NCBI GenBank assembly: GCA_963822585.1
Contig: CAWGIE010000007.1
Coordinates: forward strand, 64,001 to 128,000
DNA: 64,000 nt
DNA from: an uncultured bacterium
GTDB lineage: Bacteria > Auribacterota > Erginobacteria > Erginobacterales > Erginobacteraceae
Direction: 5' to 3'
Below the pieces are notes generated by a model, which saw only the letters and a list, made by a program, of their open reading frames with translations, was not told where the DNA came from and did no database searches. A program made the position numbers and the translations under genes. Below, in pieces: positions 60,238 through 64,000 of this stretch (positions are counted from its first letter, which is position 1; the number at the start of each line of letters is the position of its first letter).

Positions 60238-61455
60238 ATGGAAGCGAAAACCAAACTGCCGGTTATCACCGCGTCTTTCATCATCCTCGGCAACTGCCTG
60301 GGCGTGGGCGTATTGGCCCTGCCGGTCAAATACGGCCTGGCCGGCTTCGTGCCCGCCCTGATCGGCATCTGCTGCATCTGGTTCCTGATGATGGTGTCGG
60401 CGTTCGTGATCGCCCATAAAATATGTGAGGCCAAAAGTGACACCTTCGATATCCCCTGGTTCTTCACCAACGCGCTGGGGGACACCACTAAGTGGCTGGC
60501 CATTGCCTGCAACCTGATCCTCCTCTACGGGGTCTTGACCGCTTATTTAAGCGGCATCTCCACAATGGCCGATCAGCTTTGCCACCCCCCGATTAACAAA
60601 GCTCTGCTGATCATCACCTACTTCATCATCACTACCGGCCTGGTTCTCTTCGGAGCCAAAGCATACGCTAAAGGCAACATCCTGATAATCATCGCGGTCT
60701 GGGCCTGCTTCTTCCTGCTGGTCATCAGCGGCGCGCGGCGGTTCGATCCGGCTCTCTTAAAGACGGTGGACTGGAAGTGCTTCCCGATCGGCCTGCCGAT
60801 CGCCGTCTCGGCCTTTCACTTTCACAACATTATCCCCACCGTAGCGAGGTCGCTCCACCATGACCCGAAAGCGACCCGGAAAGCGATCTTCCTGGGGATC
60901 TTCCTCGGCCTCGTCATCAACATGATCTGGGTGACCATCGTCCTGGGAAGCCTCGATCGCATGGGTGTCTCAGCGGATACTATCGAGGAGAGCTACTGGC
61001 ACCAGCTTCCGGCCAATGTCCCGATGGAAGATCTTCTTCATTCAAGAGTGTTTTTCGGATCCAGTTTCGTCTTCGCCATTCTCGCGGTAACCGCGTCCTA
61101 CATGGCCAATGGAACGGGGCTGCACGGCTTCATCCGAAATCTGACCAGCACCTATCTTAAAAGCGACAATCAACTGCTGATCGGAGCGCTCGCCTTTCTC
61201 CCGCCTCTGATCATCACCTTGATTTATCCCAGTATATTCCTGGGCGCGCTGGATATCGTGGGAGGAGTGGGCGAGTCGGTCCTCTTTGTGGCGCTGCCCG
61301 GATTGATCCTGGTCAAGATGGCGAAAAAACACTACCCGGTCCTGGCCGTCATCGGATATTTGATGTTCATCCTGGGCTGCCTGATCACCGCCTACGTCAT
61401 CGCCGACAAGATCGGCCTCGTCGACCTGGTCCCGCCTCTTCCGCCTTCGTCGTGA
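60238..61455 (+). CDS. HAAAP (TyrP/Mtr-like) amino acid permease
   Basis: GNCLGVGVLALP, AFHFHNIIPT. Confidence 0.82.
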   Translation: MEAKTKLPVITASFIILGNCLGVGVLALPVKYGLAGFVPALIGICCIWFLMMVSAFVIAHKICEAKSDTFDIPWFFTNALGDTTKWLAIACNLILLYGVLTAYLSGISTMADQLCHPPINKALLIITYFIITTGLVLFGAKAYAKGNILIIIAVWACFFLLVISGARRFDPALLKTVDWKCFPIGLPIAVSAFHFHNIIPTVARSLHHDPKATRKAIFLGIFLGLVINMIWVTIVLGSLDRMGVSADTIEESYWHQLPANVPMEDLLHSRVFFGSSFVFAILAVTASYMANGTGLHGFIRNLTSTYLKSDNQLLIGALAFLPPLIITLIYPSIFLGALDIVGGVGESVLFVALPGLILVKMAKKHYPVLAVIGYLMFILGCLITAYVIADKIGLVDLVPPLPPSS

Positions 61456-61873
61456 TTTAAATAAATTGAGGAATGTTCCCGATGGATACATCTCAACCCC
61501 AGGAATTTCATCATAATCGGGAAAAATATGATGTCTCTGAAGCTGGACTGACGGGGACAGCTTGAAGATATCGCTATTTATCAAGAACGAATACAAGGAA
61601 GAATCGGCCGCGGCTATTCAATCTCGTTTCTGTAACAACAGCTGTATTTGAAACGTGGCCAGAATGCACCAATCCACCGGGGCCGCGGGGATTTGAGTAA
61701 CGGCCCCTAAACATCTGAGGGGGCGGGACGGCCACTGTCGGGGTTCCCTCTTCCGGGGTAACGATCCCTTGACTTCTTATTACAATTTCGCTATCTTAAG
61801 ACGGTTATAAGACGATAAAAAGAACGCCGGGTGCGGTTTTCGCCCGGCGTGTTTCGTGAAAATTATACGCATA

Positions 61874-62476
61874 ATGTATCCCAGCAGCCGCACATACCCC
61901 AAGCCAAGTCTGACTTTCCTGAAGACTTTTCTGCAGAACCCGATCGGGATCGGTTCCATCACCCCCAGTTCTTCCTCGCTGGCCCGGGAGATGATCCGGG
62001 GCCTGGATCTGAAATCGGGGGAGACCGTCCTGGAATTCGGGCCCGGAACCGGCTCATTCACTTCCCAGATCCACCGGATCATCCCCGATCCGAAAGACTA
62101 CCTGGGGATCGAGTGCGAGCCGGCGTTCGTCCGGCTGCTGAACAGACGCTTCCCGGACCTGGATTTCGTGGCCGCGGCGGCGGAGAACGTGAAGGAGATC
62201 TATGAAGAGGCCCGGCTGAACCCGATCAAGGTGATCATCTCCAGCCTCCCGGTCACCGGCGTGAAAAGCTCGATTCACGACCTGATTATCGAGAGCATCG
62301 ATCCCCTGATGCCGCCCGGGGGCATCTTCCGCACCTTTCAGTACGTCCACACCTACTGGCTCCCCGACTCGATCCGCTTCCGGAAAAAAATGAGCGCCTT
62401 ATACGGACGGCATTACCGTAGCCGGCCGGTCCTGGCAAACGTCCCCCCCGCTTTCGTCCTCTCCTGGACGAGATAG
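61874..62476 (+). CDS. Phospholipid N-methyltransferase-like SAM methyltransferase
   Basis: IGSITPSS, VLEFGPGTG, IISSLP, TFQY, NVPPAFV. Confidence 0.82.
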   Translation: MYPSSRTYPKPSLTFLKTFLQNPIGIGSITPSSSSLAREMIRGLDLKSGETVLEFGPGTGSFTSQIHRIIPDPKDYLGIECEPAFVRLLNRRFPDLDFVAAAAENVKEIYEEARLNPIKVIISSLPVTGVKSSIHDLIIESIDPLMPPGGIFRTFQYVHTYWLPDSIRFRKKMSALYGRHYRSRPVLANVPPAFVLSWTR

Positions 62477-62669
62477 CTGGCAACGGGATCCATCTGGCAC
62501 CTACCCTTCGACAGCCAACGGATCAGCTGAAGGCACCATGGAGTAATGGAGTGGTGGAATGATGGGGTAATGGGCGCCCGGCCTTCCAGTACTCCATTAC
62601 TCCACCACTCCATCACTCCGAAATCGGGGCGGGAGTCGATTTATCGGCATCCGCCCCGATTTCTTTTCC

Positions 62670-63140
62670 CTACTTCTCCGCCCAGTCCCGCAACTCCCGC
62701 TTGATCTTCTCCTCGATCTTCCGGCTGATCTCCTCCCATTCCGCGGTATCCTTCTTATCCTCTTCTCCGTCCAGCCAACTCTTGATCCCCCGGCGGACCT
62801 TTCTCTCCAGCTTCTCACCGATCTCGTCCCACTCCACCTCGGCCGGGCTCTTTTTCTTGCAGCCGGCGCCCCAGCTTCCCCCGAATATGATACAGACGCC
62901 GAGGAGGAAGCCGAAGTTATACCAGCCCCCGGTGTTATTGACTTCGTACATCTGCACGTTCTTGGTGAAGAGGCTGATGATAAAAGTCACGATACAGATC
63001 AAGCCGTGCCAGAGGCCGGCCCAGAAACCGGCCGGATGCTCGGCGAACCGCGATTCGGGCCCCGCCGCGCAACCCGCGATGGTGACGACTACCAGCAGAG
63101 AGACAATACCTATAGTCGCTGTCTTCCAGATGCCTTTCAT
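62670..63140 (-). CDS. Hypothetical membrane lipoprotein
   Basis: Lipobox IAGC; AGFWAGLWHG, YEVNNTGGWYNFGF. Confidence 0.75.
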   Translation of the reverse strand: MKGIWKTATIGIVSLLVVVTIAGCAAGPESRFAEHPAGFWAGLWHGLICIVTFIISLFTKNVQMYEVNNTGGWYNFGFLLGVCIIFGGSWGAGCKKKSPAEVEWDEIGEKLERKVRRGIKSWLDGEEDKKDTAEWEEISRKIEEKIKRELRDWAEK

Positions 63141-63396
63141 ATCTCCTCCTTTCCCGGCCCCGATCGGGTGGTTGTCCGTCTAACTTTAGAGATCACCCAG
63201 ATTTCTCCGCCATGATATATGATATCCTGCTTTCCGTTCCACCCTATTTTTTATGCTTCACAATATTTTTTCAGATAGTATAATTCTCTCTACCGGGGTG
63301 ATTCCTATACCATATAGGCCGGAATCACGCTGATTCGGCATTTTCCCGACATCCGCCGAGATTCTGGAAGAAACTCACAATGAAAGGAGGTCCGCG

Positions 63397-64000
63397 ATGA
63401 AAAGGATCGGCATCGGCTTGGCCTGTCTCTTCCTGTTCGGAGGCACGGCTTTCGTTCCCGTCTTCGCCCAGAATGATATCGTGGAGGAAGAGGAAAACAT
63501 CGCTCTCAGCGGGGGGGTGGAGACCGGCATCTATTCCAAGTATATCTGGAGAGGAATGGAGCTGAACGATAAGGGGGTTTTTCAGCCGGAAGCCTGGCTC
63601 TCCCTGTACGACTTCGAAGTGGAGATCTGGGGGAACCTTGATCTGACCGATACCCTGGGCCATAAAGGCAAGATCACCGAAGTAGATTATTCCGCCTCCT
63701 ACACGTATGATTTTGATCTCCTCTCCGCTTCCCTGGTATACGTTTACTACGACTATCCGAACACCGACGAGGAAAAAACCCAGGAGATCGGGGTGGAACT
63801 GGAAGCCGGCGAAGATCTGCAGGTCGGACTAGAGGCGTATTATGATATCGACCAGGCCGAAGGAGCGTATATCAAACCGTCCGTCGGTTACTGTATCGAT
63901 GCCCGGGATCTCCTGGTGACCCCGTCGGTCGGGCTGGGCTGGGCCAGCAAGAAATACAACGAGTACAATTTCGGCGCCTATAAAAATTCGCTGGTGGACC
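63397..64000 (+). CDS. Outer-membrane beta-barrel protein (TorF/MipA-like), runs off window
   Basis: RBS AAGGAGG; signal peptide; YSKYIWRG, VFQP, EVDYSASY, YYDYP. Confidence 0.75.
   Translation, partial: MKRIGIGLACLFLFGGTAFVPVFAQNDIVEEEENIALSGGVETGIYSKYIWRGMELNDKGVFQPEAWLSLYDFEVEIWGNLDLTDTLGHKGKITEVDYSASYTYDFDLLSASLVYVYYDYPNTDEEKTQEIGVELEAGEDLQVGLEAYYDIDQAEGAYIKPSVGYCIDARDLLVTPSVGLGWASKKYNEYNFGAYKNSLVD

Overview
A GC-rich bacterial chromosomal segment; the lineage cannot be fixed from sequence alone. Housekeeping and envelope genes occupy 1-20.0 kb and 33.5-64 kb: ABC-F ATPase, a WcaJ-like phosphotransferase with three GT4 glycosyltransferases, a two-component pair, thrC, tsaA, gshA/gshB/gloB, eno-ftsB, transporters, an ECF sigma cluster and an asparaginase-aspD-aspT operon. 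Between them (about 20.1-31.9 kb) lies an integron-type region with no integrase gene in the window. It holds two minus-strand cassette arrays with 13 gene-cassette attC sites. Each array is headed by a near-identical ~410 bp attI-like leader, ends in the same trailer, and is bounded by REP-like palindromes. The arrays carry three toxin-antitoxin cassettes, mostly AT-rich unknown genes, and two group IIC intron remnants inserted in R' boxes. The most unusual feature is a ~217 bp ORF-less element (four full copies and one 115 bp short copy) inserted exactly at attC G|TT crossover points. It has its own attC-like site with a GAT/ATC core and competing alternative hairpins. Several genes show single-base frameshifts, mostly in homopolymers, which may be assembly errors. 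Product calls come from motif recognition, not database searches.
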